DNA of 64,000 nucleotides from Penicillus capitatus. Taxonomy: Eukaryota > Plantae > Chlorophyta. The notes beneath the pieces are model-generated. The model had not been told where the DNA came from and did no database searches. It worked only from the letters and a program-made list of their open reading frames with translations. The DNA lies in the NCBI GenBank assembly GCA_965649825.1, contig OZ287705.1:574890-638889 (forward strand). The letters run 5' to 3'. A program made the position numbers and the translations under genes. This document shows, in pieces, positions 37,117 to 50,200 of this stretch. The stretch's first letter is position 1; each line of letters starts with the position of its first letter.

Positions 37117-38953
37117 ATGAAGCTGGTCACCTTCGGCGTGTGGCTCTGCCTTCTGCTCCTTGTTCCGCGCCAGTCGGCAGGCAGCCGCGGTACATCCATC
37201 CATGCATTTGCGTCGACGGCGATGTCTTGCTGCTCTGCAGACTTCTCTCCCGACGACGCGTCCGCCAACTCCGTCCCGTCGAAACTCTCGGTAAGGCTCC
37301 TGTTGCATCGACATTGCAATTAACGTCGGTTCCGATGGCCCCTCTGCAGAACGCAGACGACACGCGTCATGGAGGTAACGCGACACGCACGCATGTTCCT
37401 TGCGCGAGCGACTGTCTCTTTGTAGAAATCTACTACGCCGAAGCGTCAGACCGAGACTTCAAACAAGTAAATGACCTACAGTTAACGGCGCAGAACACCA
37501 TCGCGGTGTCTTTGTGTAGGGCGATGACGCGACGCAGAAAACTTACCAGGTAGAATGACGTCAAACGACGCAACGCTATTAATCGTTGTCACTCTCTAAG
37601 GGAGAGCCCAACCGTGGGACAGCCAATTGGCATGTCGGCGTTAACAAACAAACTCGGCTTCATTCGGCAGCCAGGGATGGAAAAGCAAAACTCGTAAAGG
37701 TGTGAACGCGTCGAACGTAATTCACGCGCTTGACACTGCCGAACGTAGGACCTGCTTGACAAAGGCGCAGATATCGAAGCCAAGGACGAGCACGGCCGGA
37801 CTGCTCTTCACTTGGCAGCAGTGTCCGGAGAGGTTGAAGTCGTAAAGGTCGGTCTGTCGATGATCTTCTGCCATCTCGCGAGGAGTGCCCTGTCGTTGCG
37901 CAGATCCTCCTCGACCGAGGCGCAAACATCAAGGCGCAGTGGAGCGACGGTTCCACTCCGCTTCATTTCGCTGCACGGGATGGAATGGTTGAAGCGATCA
38001 AGGTTCGTCGACGCCGTTCCTGCTGTCTTGTAAGAAATGGACGTCGGTATAGCTTCTCCTTGACCGAGGCGCCGACATCGAGGCGACGGATAACGACGGA
38101 ATGACTCCACTGCAGTACGCAGTTCGGAGCGGAAACGTCGAAGCGATCAAGGTTCCTCGACGCCGTTCCTTGCTGTCTTATAAGGAACGGACTTTGATGT
38201 AGCTTCTCCTTGACAGAGGCGCAGACATCGAGGCGTCGGATGATAGAGGAGTGGCTCCACTGCATACCGCAGTGTCGTGCGGAGACGTATACATTGAAGT
38301 CGTGAAAGTTCGTCAACGCAATCCTTTCCTGCTTCGTGAGGAAATGGCCTTCGACGCAGTTTCTTCTCGACAGAGGCGCGGATGTCAACGCGAGAGATAA
38401 CGAAAGAGGAACTTCACTGCATACAGCCGTCGTCTTCGGATTCATTGAAGTTATGAAGGTCTGTCGACGCAGCTAACTCTTTGCTGTTTCGCGAGGAAAG
38501 GCCGTCGGCGCAGGTCCTCCTCGACAGAGGTGCAAACACCGAGGCGAAGATGCGTGACGGCGGCTCTACTCCGCTTTTCCTCGCAGTACAGTTAGGAACA
38601 TGTAAATCTATAAAGGTCTGTCGACTGAACCCTCTACGGATGCGTGAGGAATGGCCGCCGACGCAGGTCCTCCTCGACAGAGGCGCAAACGTCAATGCGG
38701 CGAACAGAGCCGGTTGGACTTCACTTCACGCAGTAGCATGCCTTGGCTCGGTCAAAAGAGCAAAGGTATGTCGCAGACTTGCACAGATCCTGGTTGTAGC
38801 TGTCCTATGACACAGATACTGCTTGATGGTGGTGCGTCCAAGACGGTTAAGAACAAAGACGGTCATACTCCGTATGATCTCATATGTACGGATAAGTATG
38901 CTACTTGTTCTGCGAGTGCCCGATCTAAGCTCGAGTTCTTGTTGTCTTTATGA
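37117..38953 (+). CDS. G7: signal-peptide ankyrin-repeat protein, probably secreted (7 internal repeat exons plus caps)
   Basis: MKLVTFGVWLCLLLLVPRQSAGSR and the same exon skeleton. Last exon differs from that of G1 at 9 of 138 nt. Confidence 0.85.
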
Positions 38954-39050
38954 AGAGCGCACGATTCATGGCGTTTCAATCACGCCCATCCTGTCGTTTT
39001 TATCCTTGGTCTGGCATCTTAGTGTCAGACATGTTCTAGTGTCTTACCTT

Positions 39051-39076
39051 GATGGTGCTGTACATAAAGCACCATC
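39051..39076 (+). promoter_or_regulatory. Conserved stem-loop downstream of secreted ankyrin genes (copies at 8140, 14124, 24017, 39051)
   Basis: GATGGTGCT-N8-AGC(A/T)CCATC, about 85-100 nt after the stop of G1, G2, G4 and G7. Confidence 0.5.
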
Positions 39077-39505
39077 TCAACTTGCAACTCTGAATGAAGG
39101 TGTTTAATGATTGAAGTGCGTTGTGCGACGCATCGTTTCGCATCGGATGCGGCTGCTGTAGACAGACGGCTCAGTTTTGACCGCCTTGAAGCTCGTCTCG
39201 TCCTGTTCGTGAGCGGTAGGAGTGACGCGACGCTAAGGGAATGTTGCCGCCAAATTTGCAGACAGTCAGTTCTACACCGAACGCGGCTCTACTAAAGCGA
39301 GGTTAACTTTTTTGCGCATACATCGCGCTGCAGACAGTTGTGAAACGTGTAAAGGGAACGGCATTTTACACTCGATCGTCCTGTGAAAGAATAGGATGAC
39401 GAGATAATGAAAGGGCTACGAATGCATTCGCCGAACAGTCGAGCGTCCCTAAAAGCGCTAACGCGGAAAAATATGATCTGACAGGCCTGCACGAATGGAG
39501 GCGAT

Positions 39506-39692
39506 TTGCAAGGCACAAGCGCACAGACTGAGGCGGTGGACGTCAATGGACGCACCGCTCTGTTCTACGCAGCGCGATTTGCACAAATGGAGATTGCAGA
39601 GGTAAGAAACTTGATCCGATCAGTCCTGTGTGCGAATGATGCTACGCCAGTTTCTGTTGGACGCGCTAGCGCGTCCAAACGGTGGAGGATGA
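39506..39692 (+). pseudogene. Isolated ankyrin-repeat remnant
   Basis: TEAVDVNGRTALFYAARFAQMEIAE, a 49-nt GT-AG intron (39602-39650), then FLLDALARPNGGG*. Confidence 0.55.
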
Positions 39693-40843
39693 CATCGAAA
39701 TCACACACATCACCGAATATGCGAATCGCGTCTCTGGGCGCAACGCATCTTCCTCTGACGTCCGTGATCGCCTGGCTGTCGTCAGAGATACAGGATGGAA
39801 CTCGGGCTAGCAGCGGTGCATGGCGGCTGATGTTCAATTGCACATCTGAAACATTGAACGTCACATCGCAGACGTGTGTGGATCTCACGCCCGTTCGTCG
39901 ATATGCACGACGTGCCCACGGCGACACTGCGGATTGCTGCTCTACACGAACAACATCCAGACAGTGCGTCTGCCAGAGCCACCTTCATAAGTCGCGAGCT
40001 GCCTTCGGACGCACTAAGGGCTTCTGCTATTTCGAGTTTCCAAGCCAGTATGTGCCGTACGACGTTGAAGGATTACTGACTGGACCATCCAACGCATGCA
40101 ACAGCGCATTCAGCCTGCTTCCAGAAAGCCGAACGCCTTGCTGGTTTCGTCTTAACGCTTTTCTCCTGCGACCGCGCCTGTCGCGCACAAGTCCTTTCAC
40201 CTGTAACTCGGCGCTCTAAGCTGGCACGCAGATTGTCTCGTTGAACCGTCTGCTGCCAGCCAACAGCGGAGGAGACGCATGTGTGACACGGACAAGGGTC
40301 CTATCGTCGAGTGGAGATCATCTAGAGCATACCCGCTATGCTTCGCTCAGTGTACGCCGTACGACAAAGTTTGAAAGTTTCTTATTATCCTGATGTCTTT
40401 TCATGAACTCAAGATGCGCATTGTGCACATTCTCTAAGCAATCCCAAGGCAGCATCGTCCCACCGGCAAATGCGCTCTGCGCTCCGAGAACCGAAAAGCA
40501 GAGAAGAAAGAGAATGGCACAGAGTCGGACGAAACGGGATCGATGACGTCATGCAGCGCGTGAAGACGACAGTCAGCTATGCGGATGGACAGATGATTGA
40601 TTTGGTTCAGCGTCGCATGTTGGCTTTTCAGCTCTCGAAGATGGTCCGACGAGAAAACGCTGCGATTCTGCACACCGATACCTCTCTAGGTACGTTGCTG
40701 CGCTTAGTGTTCAATTTCTGCAAGGACGGTGCGCCTCGACAGGCTCTGGCGAAAGTTCGTTCGTTCGTCCGAGGCAAAAAAAGATCGGCCAAACGATGCC
40801 GTCCTCAGCGCGGCGTCGCCCAGCGAGTGTCTTGCGCCTCTCC

Positions 40844-43800
40844 ATGAGACTACCGCCCTGGGTGCTGCTGTGCTTCGCGGCTCTGTTGCTCTTGCTGCCG
40901 CAGATCCGCGGAAGAGGTAAGACCGCCCGCGCCTTCCTTTGCCATCATTACGGACACGGTCGTTTGCTTGCAGATGCGAGTCCGTCGAGGGCTCTGTTTC
41001 AGAACCGCGCTTCCAAAGAGTCCATTGCTGCGACGGAAGGCGAGCTCCAGAGTCTCTTGGCGAGCCGTGAATACAACCATCGAATCTTCGTCGACGCACC
41101 GGAGATCGCACTGACGGAGAGTCTTCGCGTCGACGGCACTAGATGGGTCTCCATCGTGGGAGACAGACAGACAGCCACAACCATACGGTGCACGAAGAAC
41201 AGCACTGGCACCGCTTTGGTCATCAGGTGCGATCACCCCTTCCATCGCGTATCCACTGACGGAAATGATGTGACCCGGCAGGCGAGCGCATGTGCAGCTC
41301 ACTCGCTTGCGCTTTGTCGGTTGCGACAACTCGGCCGTCGTCGTGGAACCTGATGCCTTTATGTCCGGAGAAGAAAGGCAGAGGGTGGATTTCGACCAGG
41401 TCGAGTTCTCCAAGAACGGGCGGGTTAAGGACAGAACGTCTGGAGCGGCCGTGAACGCTCGTCGCTGCCCCGAGCAGCCCTGTCGTCGCCTCTCCCTTCG
41501 TTTCCTGCAGTGTCAGTTCGTCGACAACCGAGGATCGGACGGCGGGGCGATCTTTGCCGAGGACGCAGACGTCGAAATCAGGAAGTCCACGTTTGAAGGC
41601 AACGAAGCAACCGGCGCCGGCGGAGCCATCTACACGAACAATGGCAGAACCGCTGCGCTGACAATCGAGGACTCGGAGTTCGCGAAGAACAAGGCCTGGG
41701 GATCCGAAGAGCTCGAGGCTGCGGCGTGCAGGTCTGTCCTCACATCCAACGTAATCGAACTGGCCAGAGGAACGGGTGGCGCCATCTTCGCATACACTCC
41801 TACCTCCGTTGACATCCTAGCCTCGACTTTCGTGCAGAACACCGGATGCAGCGGCGGCGGGGCGATCGCGGTGCTGCAGATGGATTTCGGCTCGGAAGAG
41901 AACTCTCGTCCAGCCTCCTTCTCTGTGACGGACTCCATCTTCCAGGACAACGCCGCCTACTGCGGATCGCAGCGAAATGCCATGGATTTTATGTACTACA
42001 ATCGCGGCTGCTCCAAGGGCGGCGCTCTGGTCTACGAGGCCCTTGACGAGTCGCCAGCCTCGTGGACGTTCAGAAATTCCACTTTCCTCGGGAACAGAGC
42101 CATCGTCGGAGGAGCCATGCACCTTACGGGCCTCGGCAGTTCGGTCGCAGAGCACAAGGTCGTCTCCTGCGATTTCGACGAGAACACGGCGATCCGATCT
42201 GGAGGAGCCATGTACCTGAAGGAGGTCAGAATGACGATCGCAAGCTCGACGTTCGCAAATGGCAGGGCCTTCTACGGTGGTCACATACTGATGATCGGAC
42301 CAACACATCTGAGAACGGAGCGCGACCCCAACAAGCCCGAAGCGCATACCGTTCTCGCAGACGCGGTCGCTTATTTCGGCGGCGCCGTGCTGACCACCAA
42401 CGAAGGTTCTCTGTTTGATCTGGCAGTTGCCTCTGCCACTGCATCGTGTCTGTTCGCAGGTTCGTTCGATCTCTCTGCGTTGGTCGTCCGAAACAACATC
42501 GCTTACGGGAGCGGCGGCGGGTTTTCCGTAAGAGATGCTTCGCTGACTCCCGTGTTTCGCGATGTGCTGATCGAGAATAACTCCGCCATTCTGGGTGGAG
42601 GAATCGAGATTGTCTCGTCGCCTAACATCACGTTTGATCCGAGCGTCGGAACGTCGACCATCATACGGAACAACACGGCGGCGGTGGGAGGCGGAATTCG
42701 ATACTTAATAGGACGCTTCTGGTTTTCCGGCGTAAAGGCAAGTCGAGCTCAGTTTCAGACGCAAGACATCGAGGCCTTCGTGCTTGCAGATGAAACGCGT
42801 CAGTCTCATTGGCAACAGGGCGTTGCGGATGGACTCACCAGAGATGCAGAGGATCATCGAAGACAGAAGACACTACGTTCCCTCTTTCACAGACGACGTG
42901 CGATTCCCGGACTTCGACGAAGTGCTCGGCCACCTGAGTGCGCTGAGATTCTACACAAAGACAGAAGAAGGCAACGGAGGCGGCTTCAATCTGGAACTCG
43001 AAGACGTTGCGCCCAACGACATCGTAGAGATCGTCTTCCAGGATGTGCTGTTCGAAGACAACGAGGCCGTTGTCGGAGGTATGAGCAGACGGGTCTCGAA
43101 TTCTCCTTACTCGACGGCGCAGGTGGCATGTCGGCGCACATGAAAGACTTCTACTGGAACAGGTCGAACAAGACGTCGTGTTTTCCTGCCCTGTTTGGCG
43201 CCGCCGCCTGTCAGAGATTCTCGTTCCACAACGTCACTGTGGTGCAAAACAGAGCAGAGTACGCTGGCGGCATCTTCTGCAGTATCCCGAACTGTATCGC
43301 GTTCTCGTGCAGCCCGACAAACCAGACCAAGCTCGTCATTTCGGAGTTGAATACTGCAGCCATATCGAGGGGAGTGATACAGTCGTATTGCTCTGATGTG
43401 CACTTGAATGAAGGTCTTGGCAGAGTCAACGGCGAGGGGGCCAACGGAGGCAGCAAGGCGGTGTATCTGTCAGTGGTCGGACACGAAGGTCCACTGAAGA
43501 CTGTCGCGAGCGGCGAGAAGCTGGCCATCCCGTGCGAAGACGAACGAAACGCTTCCTGTGCTTCGGAGCTTCGCATCGCCATCAAAGACATGTTCGATCA
43601 GACGATCACCCGTGGCATCGCCGACGCCAATCTGACCCTGGCTCTCATCTCCGAGGCCATTACGGGAGGACTGAGATACACAGCTGTGAAGGGAGTCGCC
43701 ACGATCGACAGCACCTTCGCCTGGGGCATCGGCGTCGAGGACACGCTGACGATAGTCAGCGAGCACGATCCAAAGATCCGTCTGGACATCCCGTTCTCGA

Positions 43801-46046
43801 CGAGAGAATGTTTTCCCGGAGAGACGACAGTGGGCAAGGAGTGCAGCAGGTGTCCTCAAGAGTTCTACGGATTCGACCCATCACTGCCGTGCCTGCCGTG
43901 TGAGAGCGGCGCCGAGTGCGGCGGCGGCGCAGCGATGGTCCCTGAGGACGGTCAGTGGCACTCCAATCCGTTCTCCCCTGCGTTCAGGAAGTGCATCAAG
44001 GCGACTGCCTGCGCGTACAGTGACAGGAAGCAAAAGCTGGAGGCGTTCCACGATGACTCCGCCAGAGTCCAGGAGGCGCTGCGAGATCTGCAGCGAGACA
44101 GTGGAGAAGCAGGATGGACAGCAGGCTCCGCGGACTATCCAGTGTGCAGCGAGGGTTACCGAGGGTTCCTGTGTGGATCCTGTGCATCTGGATACGGCCA
44201 CTCGTACACGGGAGATTGCGAGAAGTGTCCGAGCAGAGACTCCTCAGCCGTTCTATTCTTTCTGAGTTCTCTTTGGCTCTTCGTCATCATCGGCATCAAC
44301 AGCGCCATCACAGTGACTTCCATGCGTTCCACCGTCGAGCGCGTGAACTACGAGAGGAGCTCGACACTGCGAGACAGACGCACTCTCTTTCGACGTATGG
44401 GCCATATTCAAAGAGCAGAGGCAGTCATGCCTCGCCGAACATCTCTTTCGAAAGGTACTTCATGACATGATCATCATCATCATTTGAGAGGGTCTATCTG
44501 TGTCTCGTAGCAAATCTCGACCCGGCCGATGACACTGTCGCCGGCGATCCTGTCCTCCTTGCGAAGAGCCTCGTGGCGACTGGTCAGCTGAGTGAGATGC
44601 TCAAGGTTCGAGTCATTCATGTGGTCATCTTGGTTTGATTCTTGTCATCCAGATCCTCATCAACTACCTGCAGATCACCAGCGTGGCACTCAGAGTGCAC
44701 GTGGAATGGAAATCGTACCTGAAGATGTTTCTCGAAGCCGAAGGTTCGTCATCTCTGACAGGCGAAGATGATGATTGTGTTTGTCTGTATGTGCAGCTAT
44801 ACTGTCGGGACTCTCCACCTCGGCGACCTCTGACGATGTGGAATGCAGTTTCCAGCATAGCGAAATTCCAGCATCTATCGCCGCCACCTGGACTCAGCTC
44901 TCTATTCCTTGGATCGTGATGACTGCGCTGCTGCTGACGTGCACATTTGCATGCCTCGCAATGAAGATCAAGTCGCTACTCTCCAGCTCCTCCCAGTCGA
45001 CCACGCACGTAAGTCTCGTTCGCTCCACAACATACGTCATCGCCATTCTGATCGTCTCTGTATACTTCTTCTTCCTCGACGCCGTGAGAGAGCTGCTGGG
45101 GACAGTCAACTGCATCAGAGTCGACGATCTGCGTCTGAATAACCATCCATACGCGCAGTACTCCACAGAGGCCGTCAACAGACTGGTGTGGACAGTGGAT
45201 ACCGAGGTCACCTGCTTCCAGGGCGCACATCTGCCGCTCGGCGTCGTCGGATTCGTGGGACTCGCCCTCGCCTTCCTCTTCGTCCTGCTGATCGTCGTCT
45301 GGGTGCCTCTCAACCGAAGACACGCAGACGACCCAGAGTTCATCGCCCGCTACTGGTTCGTGTACCAGGCCTACGGAGAGGAGTGGTACAGGAGATCGTG
45401 GGAATCGGTCATCCTCACCCGAAAGGCACTGATTGCCGCCGTGGTGTCCTTCTCTGTGCACCTCAGCCTCGTGCTGCAGGCGACCATGTGCACAGGGATC
45501 CTGACAATCGCCGCCATCCTCCAAGCCCTCTTCCTCCCGTTCAAGACTCCAGAGACCGGACAGAACGTCCCAGACTACGCAGGTGGGCTGCTGCGCTCGA
45601 TGCATCTGCCGAAACTGCGAAGCGCATGGATCGCCTTCAACAACGCCGTCGATCTGAACCTCCTGGAGATCATGTCCCTGGCCTCCTCTATTTCTGTATT
45701 CTATTCTGCCATCGTCTCAGTCGATCTCACTTCTAGTGATCCTGGCAGCACGGCGATGTTTTCATTCGCCTTTACCTTAAACATTCTTTTCTTGCTTTAT
45801 GTTCTGTATCGCATGTATGCTGGTGTCCACGTGTTGCTCGACCTGAAGCTCGAGCTCGTCAGTCCTGCTTTCTTTGGTACGTATGAAAACGGGATGAGTC
45901 TGTTTTCTTTTCTGACGAAGATTCGAGTCATTGTTTCTGAATGTATGAAGAAAGACGATGCAGGCACTTCTGCCGGAGGATACAAGAATTCTCCAATCAT
46001 CGAAGAATCTGCCTCAGCAGAGGCGCATGACACGGAATCCATCTGA
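40844..46046 (+). CDS. Large surface protein: signal peptide, Pmp-like parallel beta-helix (GGA[ILM]/FxxN) repeats, Cys-rich region, about 8-9 TM segments
   Basis: MRLPPWVLLCFAALLLLLPQ; repeated motifs GGAIF, GGAIY, GGAIA, GGALV, GGAMH, GGAMY with FxxN; CSRCPQEFYGF...CLPCESGAEC...CSEGYRGFLCGSC...CEKCP; multiple hydrophobic helices, including YWFVYQAY...WESVILTRKALI. About 8 short introns. Confidence 0.85.
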
Positions 46047-47262
46047 CTGACAGTAACCAAGATATAGTCCGGCATCTGTCGCCGGTCGCTTTCCTTTCTT
46101 TCCAGATGGATGCATCAGTCAGTTTCTCTATCGATTCACGCAGAGGATTAGTTTTTGCGATTCTTTGTTTGAGTAGCCTTTAGAGCTGCCAAACCAGCAG
46201 TCCGTTTTGGCTGTTAACGGGGGTTCTCCGTCGGGGGCATCTGAAACCTCAATGCTACAGGATGGGATGGTAACTTCTTTGGTAAGCCATGATTCTATAA
46301 CGTGGCTTTGGATGCGCTATCTTTAATCTGCCTGTGTGACTTCAATAAGATGCATCATTGTCTATGGTTTGATATGACAGTGTTGAGCAAGTGTTTGTTG
46401 ACGTTGCGTACCATCCCCTTCGCGAATCTCATTCTAGAGCATCTTAACTCACCTTTGCAGACGCATTCGTTTCGGGAATCCGAGTCTGGCATCTGACGGC
46501 GTCACTGCCAGCGACGGTAGATGAAACAGAGGAGACATTACACACGCTCTGCGATTTCTGTTCGTTGCGACAGCGAACACAATATTCCGTGAACCGGCTC
46601 ACACACGGTTGCCGTCGTTATCCGTAGATGATCTCTAGAGCTTCGAGTTGCGTCGGCGGATGGCAGAATCTGTCATCTCTGCGGCGTTTGCATTGCACTT
46701 CGAGACAGTAGAACGATCGGCCAAGCTGCACGGAATGATCTGTCGCTTCTTTCACGGGATCAAGATTGCCTGGATGCATAAGCGTAACGCCTCTGTTTCT
46801 CCGAACCGACGATTGGACAATCTGTGAACGCGACAGAACCTTTCGCGAACGGAGAGTTGGAGATGTTGATGAGGTCGTGGGTCACTTCACTCCATCACTG
46901 TATTCGATTCGCGCGAGGCATACGGTAGATGAAGTCGCTCTTTTCGCACGAAACAGGCCGAAATGATAACATTGAGTCCAACTTGACTGGATTTGACATA
47001 CATAATCGAAGAATCGGTCATTCCCTTGGCCATAATCAAATAGAGCTTGTCGAATTTGTTGATTCGTGATCGACATTCGACGAAGCTCGGAAACTGTAGA
47101 GACAGCACATGCAAATCTGACTTCGCTGGCATGAGAAACAATGAACCCGCCAATCGGGTTTCCGTCCTCATATGGGACAAACTGTAAAACGTCGACAATC
47201 CACCGTCTGATTGCAAAGTTCAGAACGGACGGATACTTGATAGAAAAAACGATTGCATATGT

Positions 47263-50200
47263 TTAGAGAAGCAAGTCTGTGCTCTCGCTTCTGCGCAGCT
47301 TGTGTGGGTCGTCGTCATCCAGATCGTTTGCCACGTTCATCCCTCCCGCATAGCTCTTGCGTCTGCGCAGTTTCGAGAAGTCCGTCTTGTCAGATGCATC
47401 GACGACGAATATCTCGACGGCACTCTTGCATCGGCGCAGTCTGGAAGGTGCCTTGTCCAACACCTCCTCGATGACGATCTGCTGCACGTCTTCGTCGAAC
47501 GCTAGCCTCTCAGTCGTCTTCCTGACAGCCGTCTCTGAGGGTGGCAGCTCTCTGGCGAGCATGGCGCTCTTGCATCGGCGCATCCCCAGACTCTTCCTTT
47601 CGTCCGAGGTGTCCTGCATGATGATCCGATGGACTATCTCTCGACACACCGGGCACCTGATCGCCTTGCCACTGCGCAGGTTTTCCTTGAGCGCGACCAG
47701 CGCACAAGCATCGCAGTAGCACTTGTGTCTCCTGACGAAGCAAGATGCGAGATTGGAATGGATGCTAGAGATTGATTGCTCTTACGTGTTGTCTCCGTGG
47801 ACGGCAGAGCATGTGGGCACTACTGCTTCTGCTTCTGCTTCAGAATCTGTCGCCTTGGACGATGCACCTTTGCTCTTCTTCGAGCGATCTCCCGACTTTT
47901 TGACATCTTCCTTCGCCTTAGGAGCAGAAATGTTAGTTTTCTTTTTAGTGCCTGCTGCCTTGGAGGTTTCTCCCTTTGCCTCCGCGGTTGAAGTTTTCGT
48001 CTTCTGTGTTTCGTCTTCTGCCTCGTTTGCGTTTTCCTTTATCTCAGAGGCCGAACCTCTAGTCTTCTGTGTGCTATCTTTCGACTTGCAAGCTGCTTTC
48101 TTTGCCGTGGAGGACGAGCCTTTGGTCTTCTTCGTACGTTGTGCTGCCTTGCTGGCCTGCTTTGCCTTACACGGCAAGCATTCTTTGATCTCTGTTTCGA
48201 CAATTCTTGGTTTCCAGGGAGCGGCGTTCATGATGACGCGATCGACTTGCTTGCGACAGAATGGGAAAGGACACACGCGCGTCTCCCGGGCCTTGAACTT
48301 CCTCACAATCTTCTTGTTGCTCTTAATGCAGTAACACAGATGTCTGCTACAGTAAATGCCGCAGTACTACACAATTCGCCGAACGAATAAAGACGCACCT
48401 GCTTTCATGATCGATGTCTTGGGTCGTCGGGCAGAATGGACATTGTTTATCCCAGGAGAACGTTGCACTCTCACATCTGTGCAGCAGCGGGACACGTCGC
48501 AGAGTCCATGTGTCCTCGACGACTGTCTGATCGGATGGCGCTTGTTGGACTGGAATGCCGACTGCAGTAGAGGCCGAGAGAGCTTTCTCTAACTTATGAA
48601 AAGCAGCCTTTGTTTTTTCGTATGTACTCTTTCTTGAGTCTCCCCTCTGCGTGTTCTGCTTGCCTTTAGCAATTGCCCGATTTATCGACTCTTGCTGACC
48701 TGGGACCTTGGCTCCTTGAACAGCCGGAGTTTCCTTAAGCAGCTTTCTGATAGTATGCAATGCTTCAAAGTATCTGTCCCGCGCTAAGCCCTTCTGCGCG
48801 TTCCTTGCGCCTTCAGCAACGGTCTGATTCGGCGGGTCTCGCTGTACTGGGACCACAACTCTACGCATGCCAAGAATCTCCTCTTCCAGCTCCTCTCGAA
48901 CTGTCTCTGCGCTCTTGCATCTGCGCAGAGCGGGGACGCGCTCATCGTCAGCAGCATCCTTGACGACGATGCGGTCCGCCTCTCTCTGACACACTGGGCA
49001 CTTGAGCTTGCACTTCTTCGCAAGCTCCTTCGCAAATTCTTTGCATGCGCAGACCTGGCAGTAACATACGTGCTCCCTGAACATTAATGTATGCAAAAAA
49101 TCATCAAGCGTTTGTGTGATCGAACATTCGTGGATCCGTGCAGCACTGAGCAGGTTGGATTGTCAGCACCGCACACATGGCATTTCGATGTCGTCTTCTG
49201 AACAGGCGATATCTTCTTTGAGCACGCCGTTTTGACGACGCAGTCCTGAATGACTCTACCCCTCAGTCTCCTGGAAAGCTCTTTGCCACATTCCGTGCAG
49301 TAGCAGAGGTGTTTCCTGACACAGCCAGACATGCGGCAGAACGCGTGATGGTGACAGCACTACGTGTTGCCATGTCTGACGGCGCAGGTGGGGTCGATGA
49401 GGCATGTAGGTCATCGTTCGAAGTATGGACCGTCGTTCATGATGACTCTCTCCACCAGCTGCTCACACACAGGGCACTTGATCTCCTGTCCATCAAGCAG
49501 CGGCTCCTTTAGCTTTTTGGCGCATTTAGTGCAGTAGCACAAGTGTTTTCTGGCAATGGGGCATTAGTGGATTGTTAAGGAGGAGGGAGTGTCTTACGTG
49601 TTGCCGTGACGCACGGAGCACGTTGGATCGATTCGGCAATACCCGCACTGCGGCACGCGATCGACATCGAGGAGGGTGACTCTAACAGTCAATGTGATCC
49701 AGCCCCTTTCCAGGAATCCGAGTGACTCGTCCACCAACTGGTTCCTAGTTAAGAACTTGTGAAATCCCCAAGTGCTGTTTGCTCTGATGGTCTCGGTGAA
49801 TGCTACAGAATCCATTCAGCGATGAAAGTTCACTGAAGAGTGTGCTGACTTTCAACTTTGTCTTCAGAGGTCCACTTGGCCGACTTGCGATTCGAGGCGC
49901 GGAACTCAGTTCTCACGCGGACAGAGTGATTTTGGCAATTCCGGAGGTATAGACCGATGTTGTCGGAGTTCGACGAGTTTCCCTTCGGCGCAACTGACAA
50001 ACGCCTGCAAAGACAAACGAGCATTCAATTCGCAGAGTGTAGAGTCAGATGATGTAGCTGCACCACTCGGTTTCTCTGATGTTGAAGATCTCGGACCGCA
50101 ATCGTGATGGACACAGATATGGCAGTCCCTTCAGCTTCCACTGCAGACGTCAAACATCGATGCGTGTCGAAGGAGAAGTCGAACTTACAGTGCATGTGGC

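Noticed and set aside
6738-38445. Repetitive antisense ORFs over the ankyrin genes (e.g. 6738-7484, 37963-38445)
   Set aside because: Mirror images of the exon-intron cassettes, with no independent coding signal.
41292-44465. 1057-aa ORF as a single exon
   Set aside because: It reads through short introns by chance. Between about 42790 and 43079 the real frame is the 42784-43143 ORF.
49411-49413. Selenocysteine reading of the TGA at a RING Cys
   Set aside because: No SECIS identified, the paralog has TGT, and the same copy has an upstream frameshift; a nonsense mutation is simpler.
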